From assembly GCA_023701005.1 (NCBI GenBank), contig JAMPXW010000003.1, forward strand, positions 9,148 through 73,147: a stretch of DNA of 64,000 bases, in the 5' to 3' direction. Source of the stretch: Burkholderiales bacterium. Lineage in GTDB: Bacteria > Patescibacteriota > Minisyncoccia > Phycocordibacterales > UBA9973. Both the position numbers and the translations under genes were made by a program. Below the pieces are notes generated by a model. That model was not told the origin of the DNA. It searched no databases and saw nothing but the letters and a program-made list of their open reading frames with translations. This document shows, piece after piece, positions 20,190 through 30,342 of the stretch. Positions within the stretch are counted from its first letter, which is position 1. Each line of letters opens with the position of its first letter.

Positions 20190-20275
20190 GGTTCAAACTT
20201 GATTTGTAGTAAGAAAAAATACCTTTATTTTGTAAGGTTATTTTCGATGCTCCGAACTTGGGAGGATGTTTGAAT
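20190..20275. repeat. att-like cassette junction J1
   Basis: GGTTCAAAC at 20190, hairpin, GCTCCG at 20249, GTTTGAAT at +19. Confidence 0.7.
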
Positions 20276-20283
20276 TAATATTA

Positions 20284-20874
20284 TTAAGAGATAAATTTAT
20301 CAGGATACTCACCTAATAATTCTAATGCGTTCAAATATCTACTTTCAAAAGTTTTCTTAACTTCAGGTAAAACTATTTTTCTTTCCCAATCTACTTTTAT
20401 TTTCTTTCTTATTTCTTCTCTAACCCATTCAATCCCCTCTTTGGGCTCATCACTAAAAAACCCTGGATAAAATTGACCGACAAAATGAGATGCTCCATCA
20501 GCTGTACTAACTATCTGTACTTCAATAACTTCTTGAGATATATCTATCTCATTTTTCATTTCCATTTTTTCCCAATATCTAAAAACTTTATCTATAAAAT
20601 CCTCTGCCAGACCAACACGCCTTAATGCTTCTATTCCTTTTTCTTTTGTTAATTTTCTTTCATTTTTTATATCTATTGGCTTTCCAAAATCATGGAACCA
20701 TACTAATGCGGTAACAACTTCTCTATCAGCTTCTTTGTATATATCACAAAGTTCCATTGCTATTCTTTCAACTATCAAAAGGTGGTCAGACACAAACCAT
20801 TCTCTGTATTCAAAATCTTTATTCTTGCAATTTTCTTTTACTATTTCTTTAAATTTGTTTAATTTATCTTCCAT
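20284..20874 (-). CDS. HD-domain protein
   Basis: DHLL.V, WFHDFGK, STADGASH. Confidence 0.8.
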   Translation of the reverse strand: MEDKLNKFKEIVKENCKNKDFEYREWFVSDHLLIVERIAMELCDIYKEADREVVTALVWFHDFGKPIDIKNERKLTKEKGIEALRRVGLAEDFIDKVFRYWEKMEMKNEIDISQEVIEVQIVSTADGASHFVGQFYPGFFSDEPKEGIEWVREEIRKKIKVDWERKIVLPEVKKTFESRYLNALELLGEYPDKFIS

Positions 20875-20901
20875 AATTTTATTATACACTAAAACCATTT
20901 A

Positions 20902-20998
20902 GGTCCGAACTTGGTGATATTTCCTAAGAAGGTAACAAAAAATCACCTTGTAAATAAAGGTGATTTTGCTGGCTCCGAACGTGGGAAGAAGTTCGGAA
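20902..20998. repeat. att-like cassette junction J2
   Basis: GGTCCGAAC at 20902, hairpin aaaatcacct/aggtgatttt, GCTCCG at 20972 (70-nt spacing as in J4), GTTCGGAA at +19. Confidence 0.75.
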
Positions 20999-21000
20999 AG

Positions 21001-21492
21001 CTATTCTAGGGTGTAATTAAAAATTTTAATTGGTATTCCCTTCTTCTCTGCTTTGTTTATAGTATCTTGTGTTCCTTCACTTTTATTTACGTGAAAAGCG
21101 ACTAGTTCATCGGCATTTTCAATAATCTTTGTTATGCGGTTATAATAAGTTTCCTTATTTAATACATCTTCGTTTCCTTCTATCAAAGAACCTCTTTTTT
21201 TAACTTCTTTCAATTGCGACAAAAGAGCATCAGCTTGGTCTTTAGTTATTACGCCTTCTTGTGCTCTTTTGGAATAATGGTTTTCGTATGTTTCTAAAGT
21301 GGAAGGAATAATTATTTTCAATTTTCCATCTAATTCTAAAGTTCTTTCTGTGGCTATGTAGTCTACCCCCAAAGCTCCACCTGAAACAATCCCGTTTCCT
21401 GCTGAAATTATTTCATCAACGGTCTTTAATATGTCTTCTTTTATTTGAGAATTGGTTTTTCTCCAAGATCCTGCTACTGCAATCCATTTCAT
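21001..21492 (-). CDS. SLOG/DprA-like Rossmann-fold protein
   Basis: IAVAGS, IVSGGALGVD, S.GT..TI..A.K.GIP. Confidence 0.75.
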   Translation of the reverse strand: MKWIAVAGSWRKTNSQIKEDILKTVDEIISAGNGIVSGGALGVDYIATERTLELDGKLKIIIPSTLETYENHYSKRAQEGVITKDQADALLSQLKEVKKRGSLIEGNEDVLNKETYYNRITKIIENADELVAFHVNKSEGTQDTINKAEKKGIPIKIFNYTLE

Positions 21493-21520
21493 AACTTAAT
21501 TATATGATATAATTTTAAAT

Positions 21521-21768
21521 ATGGAAGGAAACAAGCAAAATAATATAACTTTCATAGAATGAAGAACTTAATTGAAAATAACACTTTTAATAAAATAGTT
21601 TTGGTTTCTGGTGATGGGGATTATAAAAAATTAGTATACTACCTAGTTGAAAAAAATAAATTTTGCAAAATATTGTTTCCTAATAAAAAATTTGCTTCAT
21701 CTTTATATGATTCACTTGGGTCAGAATACTTTGATAATTTAGAGAACTTAAAAACATACATAGCTTAA
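21521..21768 (+). pseudogene. NYN-domain (PIN-like) nuclease remnant with internal deletion
   Basis: MEGNKQNNITFI (NYN N-terminus) joined out of frame to IVLVSGDGDY..LV..L (NYN C-terminus). Confidence 0.65.
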
Positions 21769-21874
21769 AAAAGAAAAGGGCTCCTAAGGCACTAACACCT
21801 TTCGGATCCCTTTTCATATTGATACCCATATTGTATTACAGTTGTCAGACAAAAGTCAAGTGTTTGTTTACTTA

Positions 21875-21959
21875 GGTTCGAATGTCCTAAGTTCCTCTGA
21901 AAATTACCCTTATATTGCAAGGCTTAGATTTTGCTCGGGATGCTGAACAATGTTCGAAC
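21875..21959. repeat. att-like junction J3 (left end of the LSR island)
   Basis: GGTTCGAAT at 21875, hairpin, GCTCGG at 21933, GTTCGAAC at +19. Confidence 0.72.
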
Positions 21960-21990
21960 ATTCTTATATTCAAAATATAACAAAAATTAT

Positions 21991-22020
21991 TTGCATGATC
22001 AATAAACAAAATGATATAAT
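21991..22020 (+). promoter_or_regulatory. sigma70-type promoter upstream of the AIPR leader
   Basis: TTGCAT-18 nt-TATAAT with extended TG. Confidence 0.55.
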
Positions 22021-22029
22021 GTTACACGT

Positions 22030-22215
22030 TACCAAGCTGATCTGCATACGCGTCAGCCCATGGTAGATAGGATGCGATTTGCTACCCTTTCTCCATTGGT
22101 CATATGACCTAATTTATTGGTCAATGAAAGGTGCCAAGCATTTGCTGGCATTTCCCGGTCGATCTATATAATAAGGGGAAACCAGATTGTGAGGTGCGTA
22201 TGAGCGCACTTTTTT
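22030..22215 (+). ncRNA. candidate structured leader/sRNA ending in an intrinsic terminator
   Basis: Several stems; gtgcg-tatgag-cgcac-tttttt terminator. Confidence 0.4.
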
Positions 22216-22259
22216 GTTGCGTTAACAATTATTAGTAATAGTTAATTAACAAAATTATC

Positions 22260-23441
22260 ATGAATAATACAATTAAAATTAGAAAGGTTTCCTCGTTTAG
22301 AAAGGTTTTTAGTTCTCCTCAAGGAAAAAGCAAGAATATCTACATAGCTATTCTTAATATAAAAGATTTACCGAAAGAGCTTGATGGTTGGTTGGCAATA
22401 AACCCAAGAGAGTCTACCCCTGTTTCTGGTGTAGCAAAAAAAATACAAGCTTCATTAATCGAACAACCTGAAGCTTTTATATTCAAAAACAGAGGATTAA
22501 CGGTAATGACAAAAAAAGTTAATTTTGAAACTCAGACAAATATAATTTCTCTAGAAATGTCTGATCCAAAAATACATGGATTACTTGATGGTGGACATAC
22601 TTACAAAGTAATACAAAATGAACTAAGCAACACAATTGATGGGAGAAAAGATTTAGAAAACGCTTATGTTCGAGTTGAGTTTCTTGAAGGTTTTGATGAC
22701 TTAAATGAAGTTGTTGATATAGTAGACGCAAGAAATAGATCGGCCCAAGTAAAAGAACAAAGCTTAGAGGAATTAAGAAGTCACTTTGAGTCAATAAAAA
22801 GTGTTTTGAAAGACCGACCATATGCGGACCGAGTTGCATATAAAGAAATTGAATTATTAGAAGATGGATCTAAAAAAGATATTGATGTAAAAGAAATCTT
22901 ATCCTATCTAGTATGTTTCGACAATGAAGCATTCACTGACAACAAGCACCCAATAGTTGCCTATTCTGGAAAAGCTACTGCACTAAAACACTACATAGAA
23001 AACAGAGATAGAATGTCTAAATATACGATATTGCTACCTAAGATACTTGAACTAGTAGATAAAATTAAACAAGATATACCTAAATCTTATAATGCTCAAG
23101 GTGGCAGATGGGGCGGTTTACAAGGAGTTATAACTGAAAAAGAAAGTAAAAGAAAAACTGAGCTACCTTTTATAGGCGGTGAGTCAGAATACCAAACGCC
23201 ATCAGGTTTTATCTACCCAATCCTTGCTTCGTTTAGATCTGTGGTTCGAATTGAACGAAATAAGGTATCCTGGAAAATCGATCCTGTGGAATTATTTGAA
23301 AAAGTAAAACCCATGCTAGCCGAAGCAATTGGTGAACAAGCAATTGAATTTAGAAATCCAAACAAACTCGGTAAAGACGGAGCAACTTGGAGATTATGCT
23401 ACGCTCTTGTGGCACTCGAAGTAGCGAAGTTGGGTTATTAA
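22260..23441 (+). CDS. AIPR family (abortive infection phage resistance) protein
   Basis: INPRE, F.FKNRGL, LLDGGHT, ARNRS.QV; adjacent to R-M. Confidence 0.8.
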   Translation: MNNTIKIRKVSSFRKVFSSPQGKSKNIYIAILNIKDLPKELDGWLAINPRESTPVSGVAKKIQASLIEQPEAFIFKNRGLTVMTKKVNFETQTNIISLEMSDPKIHGLLDGGHTYKVIQNELSNTIDGRKDLENAYVRVEFLEGFDDLNEVVDIVDARNRSAQVKEQSLEELRSHFESIKSVLKDRPYADRVAYKEIELLEDGSKKDIDVKEILSYLVCFDNEAFTDNKHPIVAYSGKATALKHYIENRDRMSKYTILLPKILELVDKIKQDIPKSYNAQGGRWGGLQGVITEKESKRKTELPFIGGESEYQTPSGFIYPILASFRSVVRIERNKVSWKIDPVELFEKVKPMLAEAIGEQAIEFRNPNKLGKDGATWRLCYALVALEVAKLGY

Positions 23442-23455
23442 AAAAAATATTTTTC

Positions 23456-23487
23456 AGCACCTAGATAAAATAGGTGCTGTTTTTTTT
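23456..23487 (+). terminator. intrinsic terminator after AIPR
   Basis: cagcaccta-gataaaa-taggtgctg + T-run. Confidence 0.75.
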
Positions 23488-23540
23488 AAAAAAAACAAAG
23501 TATGAAAATCTTATAAAAAATGCTAAAATGAAAAGTATCT

Positions 23541-25853
23541 ATGTCTAAAGATCAAGATAATCCAAATCGTGTAATTACAGAACAAGATGCTCGCATCGTA
23601 ATAAACAGAAAACTCCAAGAAGCTGGATGGTCTTTAGAAGGTCCGGAAAAAAATGTATTGACCGAGCAACACTCAGATGCAGGATTTATGGACTATCTCC
23701 TCTTAGATCGAAATGGTAGAAACCTAGCCCTAGTTGAAGCAAAAAAGGATTCCATAGATCCATACACTGCAAAGAACCAAGCGCGAGGATACGCAGAAGC
23801 AAATAACTGCAGATATGTATTCCTAGCGAACTCTGAACAATTATATTTCTGGGACTTAGAAGATGGTGATGCTACTCCCATCGAAAGGTTTATATCTCCA
23901 CAAGACTTACAACGCAGACATGATCTCAAGCTGTCACGCAAACCATTATCTTCAATTCCTCACAATATGGAGATCTGTGACAGACCATATCAAGTTAGCG
24001 CGTCAGACACCATTGCAAAACAATTCGACGAAGGTAAAAGATCTTTCCTTCTTGAGATGGCCACAGGTACAGGCAAAACAAGATTGTCTGCAGGGATAAT
24101 AGACCGCTTCTTAAAAGCACATCAAGCTGAAAGAGTTTTGTTTATTGTGGACCGAATAGAACTAGCTAAACAAACACTAGATGCCTTTCAAATAGCATTC
24201 AAAGACAACTATAGAGCTGTACGTTATAAACCCGGCCAGCATGCAGTATTCGGTGGTGCAAATATCGTAGTAGCGACAATACAAAGCTTAAACATCCACT
24301 TCAAAAAAGACTTCACCCCGGGTTATTTTGACTTAGTTATCAACGATGAAGCACATCGATCCATATACGGCGAATTACCACGCCAAGTTGTTGAATACTT
24401 CCAAGCGGTGCGTATAGGACTAACTGCTACTCCAAACGACTTTTTGAAAAATATAGACATAGAAAAACTACAAGATAGTAATCCCCTTAAACTTGAATAC
24501 AGGTTTGCTCGTGATACATACAAACACTTCGGCTGTGATATGAGTACGCCAACATTTAGATACACCATCCAAGATGGAGTAAAGGATGGCTTCCTCGTTG
24601 CTCCACGTATTGCTCGTATGGTATCAGTAATCACCAAAGAAGCTGTTTCAGAAGATGGATGGAATATAGAAATAGATGGCGAAGACTATACCTATCGTAT
24701 TTCTCAGTTAGAAAAAAAGGTTCTCATCCCAAAAAGAAACGAATTGATTTGTTTTCAATTTTTACAAAATGCATTAAAAACACCAGATGGAGCTATTGGT
24801 AAATCTGTATTCTTTGCAGTATCACAAAACCACGCCGTGGCTCTCGCTCGAGAATTAAACAGACTAACTCCTGAACACAATGGTAAATTCGCGGAGGTTA
24901 TAACTTCTCGTGTGCAAGGAGCTTCTGACCTGGCTAAGCAATTCAGAAAAGATGAAAACTTCTATCCTCGTATAGCGGTGAGTGTGGACATGCTAACTAC
25001 GGGTTTTGATTGTCCTGAAATTCTAAACATAGTACTCGCTCGTCCGATTGCTTCACCAACCACATACATTCAGATCAAAGGACGTGGTACTAGAAAGTAT
25101 ACCTTCCCAGACGGCACACCCAAAAAAGAATTCTTGGTGCATGACTTCTGTGAAGTGGTGAAGTATTTTGAAGAAGAATATGACTTCGAAGCACCGTTAC
25201 CTGTGACTGGTACTGGTGGCGGTGGCACAACACCACCCCCACCTCCTCCACCACCTGAAGAAGTAAAAACCTACGAAGGCACTGATGAAATAGTACTAAC
25301 AGAAATGATTCAAGTCGGTCCTGAGGGTGAAAAAGTAGACCGTCTTGTTTATATAACAAAATGGGAAAAGACTATCAGACAAATTATCAACGAAAACCCA
25401 ATCCTAGCTAAACAAGTAGAAGAAGGTTCTGAAGAAGAAATATCAGAATTCTTGCGTACAAATGTCTTCGACAAACCGACAGAATACTTCAACGAGAGAA
25501 ACCTTTCCCGTGCATATAGAGTGTTTGGGGATTTGATTGATTTTGTGAAAGCAGGTCTTGGTATGCAAAAACTTCCGACCCGAGAAGAGCAATTACTCGA
25601 ATTGGTAGAAAGCATCAGAACTGATCACGACCTAAACCTAGAACAAGTAAGGTTGTTAAAGATACTTGTAAGGCAATTGAGCCAAAGCCCTAAGCTCTTG
25701 GCCAAGTTTGAGGCCGGAGATTACTCTTTCCTCGACGAATCGCCTTTCTCTCAGTTTGGTGGTACAAGAATGTATATAGCTGGCTTTGATTCGAAAATTA
25801 GAGTAGTGTTTGATACCGTACGCTCAAGTCCGGCGTTAACAATAGTTGAATAA
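23541..25853 (+). CDS. hsdR: type I restriction enzyme R subunit (EcoEI/EcoAI-like)
   Basis: DYLL..VEAK nuclease, MATGTGKT, DEAH, GLTATP, LTTGFD, QIKGRGTR. Confidence 0.92.
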   Translation: MSKDQDNPNRVITEQDARIVINRKLQEAGWSLEGPEKNVLTEQHSDAGFMDYLLLDRNGRNLALVEAKKDSIDPYTAKNQARGYAEANNCRYVFLANSEQLYFWDLEDGDATPIERFISPQDLQRRHDLKLSRKPLSSIPHNMEICDRPYQVSASDTIAKQFDEGKRSFLLEMATGTGKTRLSAGIIDRFLKAHQAERVLFIVDRIELAKQTLDAFQIAFKDNYRAVRYKPGQHAVFGGANIVVATIQSLNIHFKKDFTPGYFDLVINDEAHRSIYGELPRQVVEYFQAVRIGLTATPNDFLKNIDIEKLQDSNPLKLEYRFARDTYKHFGCDMSTPTFRYTIQDGVKDGFLVAPRIARMVSVITKEAVSEDGWNIEIDGEDYTYRISQLEKKVLIPKRNELICFQFLQNALKTPDGAIGKSVFFAVSQNHAVALARELNRLTPEHNGKFAEVITSRVQGASDLAKQFRKDENFYPRIAVSVDMLTTGFDCPEILNIVLARPIASPTTYIQIKGRGTRKYTFPDGTPKKEFLVHDFCEVVKYFEEEYDFEAPLPVTGTGGGGTTPPPPPPPPEEVKTYEGTDEIVLTEMIQVGPEGEKVDRLVYITKWEKTIRQIINENPILAKQVEEGSEEEISEFLRTNVFDKPTEYFNERNLSRAYRVFGDLIDFVKAGLGMQKLPTREEQLLELVESIRTDHDLNLEQVRLLKILVRQLSQSPKLLAKFEAGDYSFLDESPFSQFGGTRMYIAGFDSKIRVVFDTVRSSPALTIVE

Positions 25854-25856
25854 AAA

Positions 25857-27335
25857 ATGAAATTACAATTTACAAATTCAGACATAAAACAAAAAGTAGA
25901 TCGCATCATGTATGAGCTGTTTGCTGGTGGAGTAAACAACCCAATGACAGCCATCGAACAGATCAGCTATTTGATGTTTCTAAAATCCTTAACTGAATTT
26001 GATGAGCAACAAGAAAGAATTTCTAATCTATCTGGTAAAAAATACGAGAGTGTATTCAATGGAAAAATCAGCAAGTTCAGTTGGCGTGTAATTAGTCGAC
26101 TTTCTGGTGATGAGCTATATAACACACTAGCAGAAGTATTCGAACATTTACACGAACTTCCAAAACTTACAGCCACAGGAAAAACCCTATTCCGCCAAGC
26201 TCACTTAAAGATATACAATCGCCCTACCCTAAAATCAGTAGTGAGTATTATAGATGGAATGGACTACAACAATGCTGAAAAATACGACACAGATGTCAAA
26301 GGAGATATGTATGAATATCTCTTAAACAGAATAGCTGTGGCCGGTACAAACGGACAATTCAGGACTCCACGTCACATCATCAAGGCTATGGTTGAATTAA
26401 GTAAACCAAAACCATCAGATCTAATACTGGACCCGGCTTGTGGTACTGCTGGATTTTTGATTGAAGCATACAAACACATACTCAAAGAAAATACTTCAAA
26501 AGAAGAATTAGCTGAAGGAAATGAAAATGGTGACGAACTATCACCTGCACAACATGAATTCCTAAAAACAAAAGCTATCAATGGTTTTGACAACGATGCA
26601 GACATGATTAAAGTAGCGGTAATGAATTTATACCTTCATGATTTAGCTCAATCAAATGTAATAAACTTCGATCCACTAACTCTTCCAGAAGAAAAGAAAA
26701 AGAAATACGATTTGATACTCGCAAACCCTCCTTTCGCTGGTAATATAAACCCTGAAGCAATCCAAGAAGACATTGGATTAAGTACTACAAAAACAGAATT
26801 ACTATTCTTGAAATACATGTATGACCATCTAGCTGATGGTGGTAGATGCGCAGTGATTGTGCCTGAAGGAATCTTATTCGGGTCTACAGGCGCTCACAAA
26901 AAAATGCGTGAACTAATGATGGACACATGCAAAATAGATGCAGTAATCAGTCTTCCCTCTGGAGTATTCAAACCATATGCGGGAGTAAAAACTGCGATAA
27001 TCTTGTACACGAAAGGTGGTAAAACTGACAAGGTCTGGTTTTATGAAGTAGTTGGTGATGGATTTACTCTTGATGATAAAAGAAACCCAGACCCAAAGAA
27101 TGACAACCTAAAGGATTTATTCAAGGCTTTCGAAAAGAAAGAAGCTGGCCCGTATAGTTGGATAGTAAAAAGAGATGAAATAGTAGCTGAAGAATACAAC
27201 CTCACAGCATCACGATACAAACCTGCAAGCACTGAAGTCATAAACCACCGAGACCCTAAAGAGATCATTACAGAGGTAATGAAACTTGAAAAAGAAATAG
27301 TCGAGGGTCTTGAAAATCTAAAGAAAAAGATATGA
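25857..27335 (+). CDS. hsdM: type I R-M N6-adenine methyltransferase
   Basis: GQFRTPRH, DPACGTAGFL, NPPF. Confidence 0.95.
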   Translation: MKLQFTNSDIKQKVDRIMYELFAGGVNNPMTAIEQISYLMFLKSLTEFDEQQERISNLSGKKYESVFNGKISKFSWRVISRLSGDELYNTLAEVFEHLHELPKLTATGKTLFRQAHLKIYNRPTLKSVVSIIDGMDYNNAEKYDTDVKGDMYEYLLNRIAVAGTNGQFRTPRHIIKAMVELSKPKPSDLILDPACGTAGFLIEAYKHILKENTSKEELAEGNENGDELSPAQHEFLKTKAINGFDNDADMIKVAVMNLYLHDLAQSNVINFDPLTLPEEKKKKYDLILANPPFAGNINPEAIQEDIGLSTTKTELLFLKYMYDHLADGGRCAVIVPEGILFGSTGAHKKMRELMMDTCKIDAVISLPSGVFKPYAGVKTAIILYTKGGKTDKVWFYEVVGDGFTLDDKRNPDPKNDNLKDLFKAFEKKEAGPYSWIVKRDEIVAEEYNLTASRYKPASTEVINHRDPKEIITEVMKLEKEIVEGLENLKKKI

Positions 27336-28423
27336 CATGGGAAACGATACAATTCGACAAAATAATTACTTCATATGGTGTTGGTAAAAATGGTCTATCT
27401 AAAAAAGATTGGAGTGAAGATGACAAATATCCAGTAATAGGACAAGGCGCTGATTTCATAGAAGGTTGGACAAACAGAGAAGATTTGGTAATTAATCCTG
27501 ATTCTGAGGGTTTAGTTATTTATGGTGGACACACACGAAGAGCAAAATATATAACTACACCTTTTGTGCCCGGTCCTAATGTGAAAATACTAAAAACACC
27601 TCCTGAGATAAAACCTAGATTTTTATTCTACTTTCTTAATTCTGCAGAAATACCAAATAAAGGGTATGCGGATCACTTTCCTCTTGTAAAAAGAATTAAA
27701 GTACCTATACCTTCCATAAAAGAGCAAGAAAGAATTGTAGCTCTTCTTGAGCAAGCTGAGGAATTAAAAAACAAAAGAGCTGAGGCAGATCAAAAAATGG
27801 AAGAACTAGTCCCTGCATTATTTAATGATATGTTCGGGAATTTGTCACAATGGCCAAAAATCAAACTCAGAGATATAGCAATTGTTAAAATAGGCCCCTT
27901 TGGGACACAATTACATAAACATGATTACATAGAAAATGGCACCCCCATTGTTAACCCTACTCATATAGTTGAAGGTAAAATAATTGTAAATCAATCATTT
28001 ACTATCAGTGAAGAAAAGACCAAAGAAATTAATCAGTATATTATGCATACCGGAGATATCGTGCTAGCAAGAAGGGGTGAAATGGGAAGATCTGCGATAG
28101 TCTCTGAAAAAGAAGATGGCTACTTGTGCGGTACAGGTAGTTTGTTTATAACTCCAACTAACCAAATTAATCCATATTTTCTAAACACAATTTTTTCTTC
28201 AATTCAAATGAAAAAAACATTAGAGGAAAATGCTCGTGGCGTGACAATGAAAAACTTAAATATCAATATCGTTGAAAATATATGTATTTCAAACCCACCC
28301 ATAGAATTACAAAACCAATACGAGAGAACTATTAAAGAACTTATGTTCTTAAAACATAAACAAGAAGAATCGGTCAATAAATTAAAAGAACTATTTACGG
28401 CTATTCTAACAAAAAGCATATGA
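27332..28423 (+). CDS. hsdS: type I R-M specificity subunit
   Basis: Two TRDs with PIPSIKEQERIV and PPIELQ conserved helices. Confidence 0.9.
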   Translation: MTWETIQFDKIITSYGVGKNGLSKKDWSEDDKYPVIGQGADFIEGWTNREDLVINPDSEGLVIYGGHTRRAKYITTPFVPGPNVKILKTPPEIKPRFLFYFLNSAEIPNKGYADHFPLVKRIKVPIPSIKEQERIVALLEQAEELKNKRAEADQKMEELVPALFNDMFGNLSQWPKIKLRDIAIVKIGPFGTQLHKHDYIENGTPIVNPTHIVEGKIIVNQSFTISEEKTKEINQYIMHTGDIVLARRGEMGRSAIVSEKEDGYLCGTGSLFITPTNQINPYFLNTIFSSIQMKKTLEENARGVTMKNLNINIVENICISNPPIELQNQYERTIKELMFLKHKQEESVNKLKELFTAILTKSI

Positions 28424-30102
28424 CAAGACAGAAACCTATAAAAGAAATAATGCCGTGGAGCAAAGATGAGCTAGAAAAACTATTACTCAAAGTAATAGAC
28501 CTTGGTGTAGAGACAGCTAAAATTGATTTCAAGCTCGAAATTGAAACAAACACTCCTGAGCAAAAATCAGAACTATTAAAAGATATTTGTGCAATTTCAA
28601 ATACTTATGACCTAAATTATGATGATTATGGTTTTCTTATATATGGAGTAAAATCAAAATCTATTATTGGTATCTCTACAACGGAAGAAAATACTGACAA
28701 TTTTCAAAATCACATAGAGCAATTACTCAAAAACAACATCACTCCTACTCCACAAATACAGATTGTTTCTTTTGAAACCGAAGACAATAAAAAATGGGGT
28801 GTAATTGTTATACCACCAGACAACAATAAACCTCACATGTTCTTTAAGGATTTCTCTTGTCCAACAAATCCAAGCAAAAACAGAAAAAAGGGCGAATGGT
28901 TTGTAAGACATGGTTCTACTACCGACCCTGCTTCAGCAGAAGATCTCTCAATCATTAACCAAAAACAAATTGAAATAACCTTAGAGCCACTAAAAGAGAG
29001 TATTAAGAATTTACAAGCTCGTGTTCTAAAAACTGAAGAGCAGTACAACAGCGCCCTATTTAAGCTAATAGAAACTGCACTAAAAAATACTACTCAAAAT
29101 AGAAATGCGCCTGAAGTAGAAAAAACTGAAATTGCATCTGATATTGAAGAAGTAGTTTCAGTTGATTTGGCAAGTCGATTCAAAAGTAAATTACTTACAC
29201 CTAAAGATAAGTTATCCGAAGAACTTATCTCGGAGGCAATTAAAATAAGAGAATACATAGATGGAGCAAATACAGGGCTAACTTGGATACCTCAATTAAA
29301 TAATTCGGAAGACAATAAAAAGATCGTAGAAAACTTAGAAGAAAAGATAAAACCATTTATTGATTCTGTGGCCATGATCGTATTAAAGGACGAAAAAAAT
29401 ATCTATAAAGAATCACTAATAAAAGCTATAAAAATTCTTTGCAAATCAATAGATGCCCCAAGTGGCACTCAGTATAATAGAATAGGACAAGGTATTAGAT
29501 ACTATCCATTATACCTACTCTTATATGTGATTTTTATTTGCGGGGTGGTTTCAAATAAAGGATCGTTACTAAAAGATATACTGAATCTTCAAATAAAACA
29601 TCCACGAACTAAAAATACCTCACCTATTACAGATGTTTATTTCTTCGCCTATGAAGGAAAAGCTTTAGTAAACGATGCTTATAAACAAAGGTGGTGTGAG
29701 CCAATTGCGCAAAGAATACGACAATTTATAAGTGACAATATCGGTGAACATATTACAGAAATGTCTGAGGCGGAGTATTTTTTCAAAGGAGAATTTGTTC
29801 TATCACTAAGTAATATCAATAAGGCGATGAGTGATGGCGAACAAGTAGAACACAGAATTCCACTAGGTGGACTTTATCTACATTTATATGAATGCAACGA
29901 ACCAATAACCGATTTAATAACAGAATTACCCGATTGGCTAGATAAATTATATGATCATCCACTAAACGAAATTCTAGACATGTTTGATAAAAATGCAACA
30001 AAAATGTCTGGCCAGGGTTGTTTTGCAACAGGTACTCATGGTCTTAAAACCAGAGAATTATATGACCTCGCGTTAAGCTCTAGAGCTAAAAAGACTCGAT
30101 AA
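28420..30102 (+). CDS. AlbA_2/Schlafen-like domain protein with large C-terminal region
   Basis: ETAKIDFK, KDICAISNT, GFLIYGV, VRHGSTT; ATGA overlap with hsdS. Confidence 0.75.
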   Translation: MTRQKPIKEIMPWSKDELEKLLLKVIDLGVETAKIDFKLEIETNTPEQKSELLKDICAISNTYDLNYDDYGFLIYGVKSKSIIGISTTEENTDNFQNHIEQLLKNNITPTPQIQIVSFETEDNKKWGVIVIPPDNNKPHMFFKDFSCPTNPSKNRKKGEWFVRHGSTTDPASAEDLSIINQKQIEITLEPLKESIKNLQARVLKTEEQYNSALFKLIETALKNTTQNRNAPEVEKTEIASDIEEVVSVDLASRFKSKLLTPKDKLSEELISEAIKIREYIDGANTGLTWIPQLNNSEDNKKIVENLEEKIKPFIDSVAMIVLKDEKNIYKESLIKAIKILCKSIDAPSGTQYNRIGQGIRYYPLYLLLYVIFICGVVSNKGSLLKDILNLQIKHPRTKNTSPITDVYFFAYEGKALVNDAYKQRWCEPIAQRIRQFISDNIGEHITEMSEAEYFFKGEFVLSLSNINKAMSDGEQVEHRIPLGGLYLHLYECNEPITDLITELPDWLDKLYDHPLNEILDMFDKNATKMSGQGCFATGTHGLKTRELYDLALSSRAKKTR

Positions 30103-30158
30103 AAACCAAGGAAAATGGTAAAATGAATTTACCATAATTTATGGTGACAAAACCTAAA

Positions 30159-30341
30159 CCAGAGCAATCTGGCATGGTTCAAATATCCCACGCGAATAGA
30201 AACGGCCACATAAGCCGACATTCATTCGCGTGGGTCCACAATCGAAAGGTTGTGGGATAGTTCCGAAAGGAGCTGTCGTCGTGTCTTGTGTGGCCATTTG
30301 TGTTAAACAAGCCGACTATTATCAACTAAAACCCACGCGAA
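30159..30341 (+). ncRNA. candidate pseudoknotted structured RNA/leader
   Basis: Long complementary segments and GNRA-capped hairpins (see findings). Confidence 0.55.
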
Positions 30342-30342
30342 A

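Noticed and set aside
20190-21959. Junction repeats as CRISPR repeats or classical integron attC sites
   Set aside because: Spacing is 0.7-1 kb with whole genes between; no cas or intI gene; no RYYYAAC/GTTRRRY paired ends. They align instead to the LSR-tRNA junction.
23243-23252. GGTTCGAAT inside AIPR as a further junction
   Set aside because: No downstream hairpin, GCTC core or +19 box, and it lies mid-ORF.
25205-25258. Gly/Pro run in HsdR as a contingency repeat
   Set aside because: Mixed codons, no pure homopolymer or tandem unit; a linker typical of this HsdR type.
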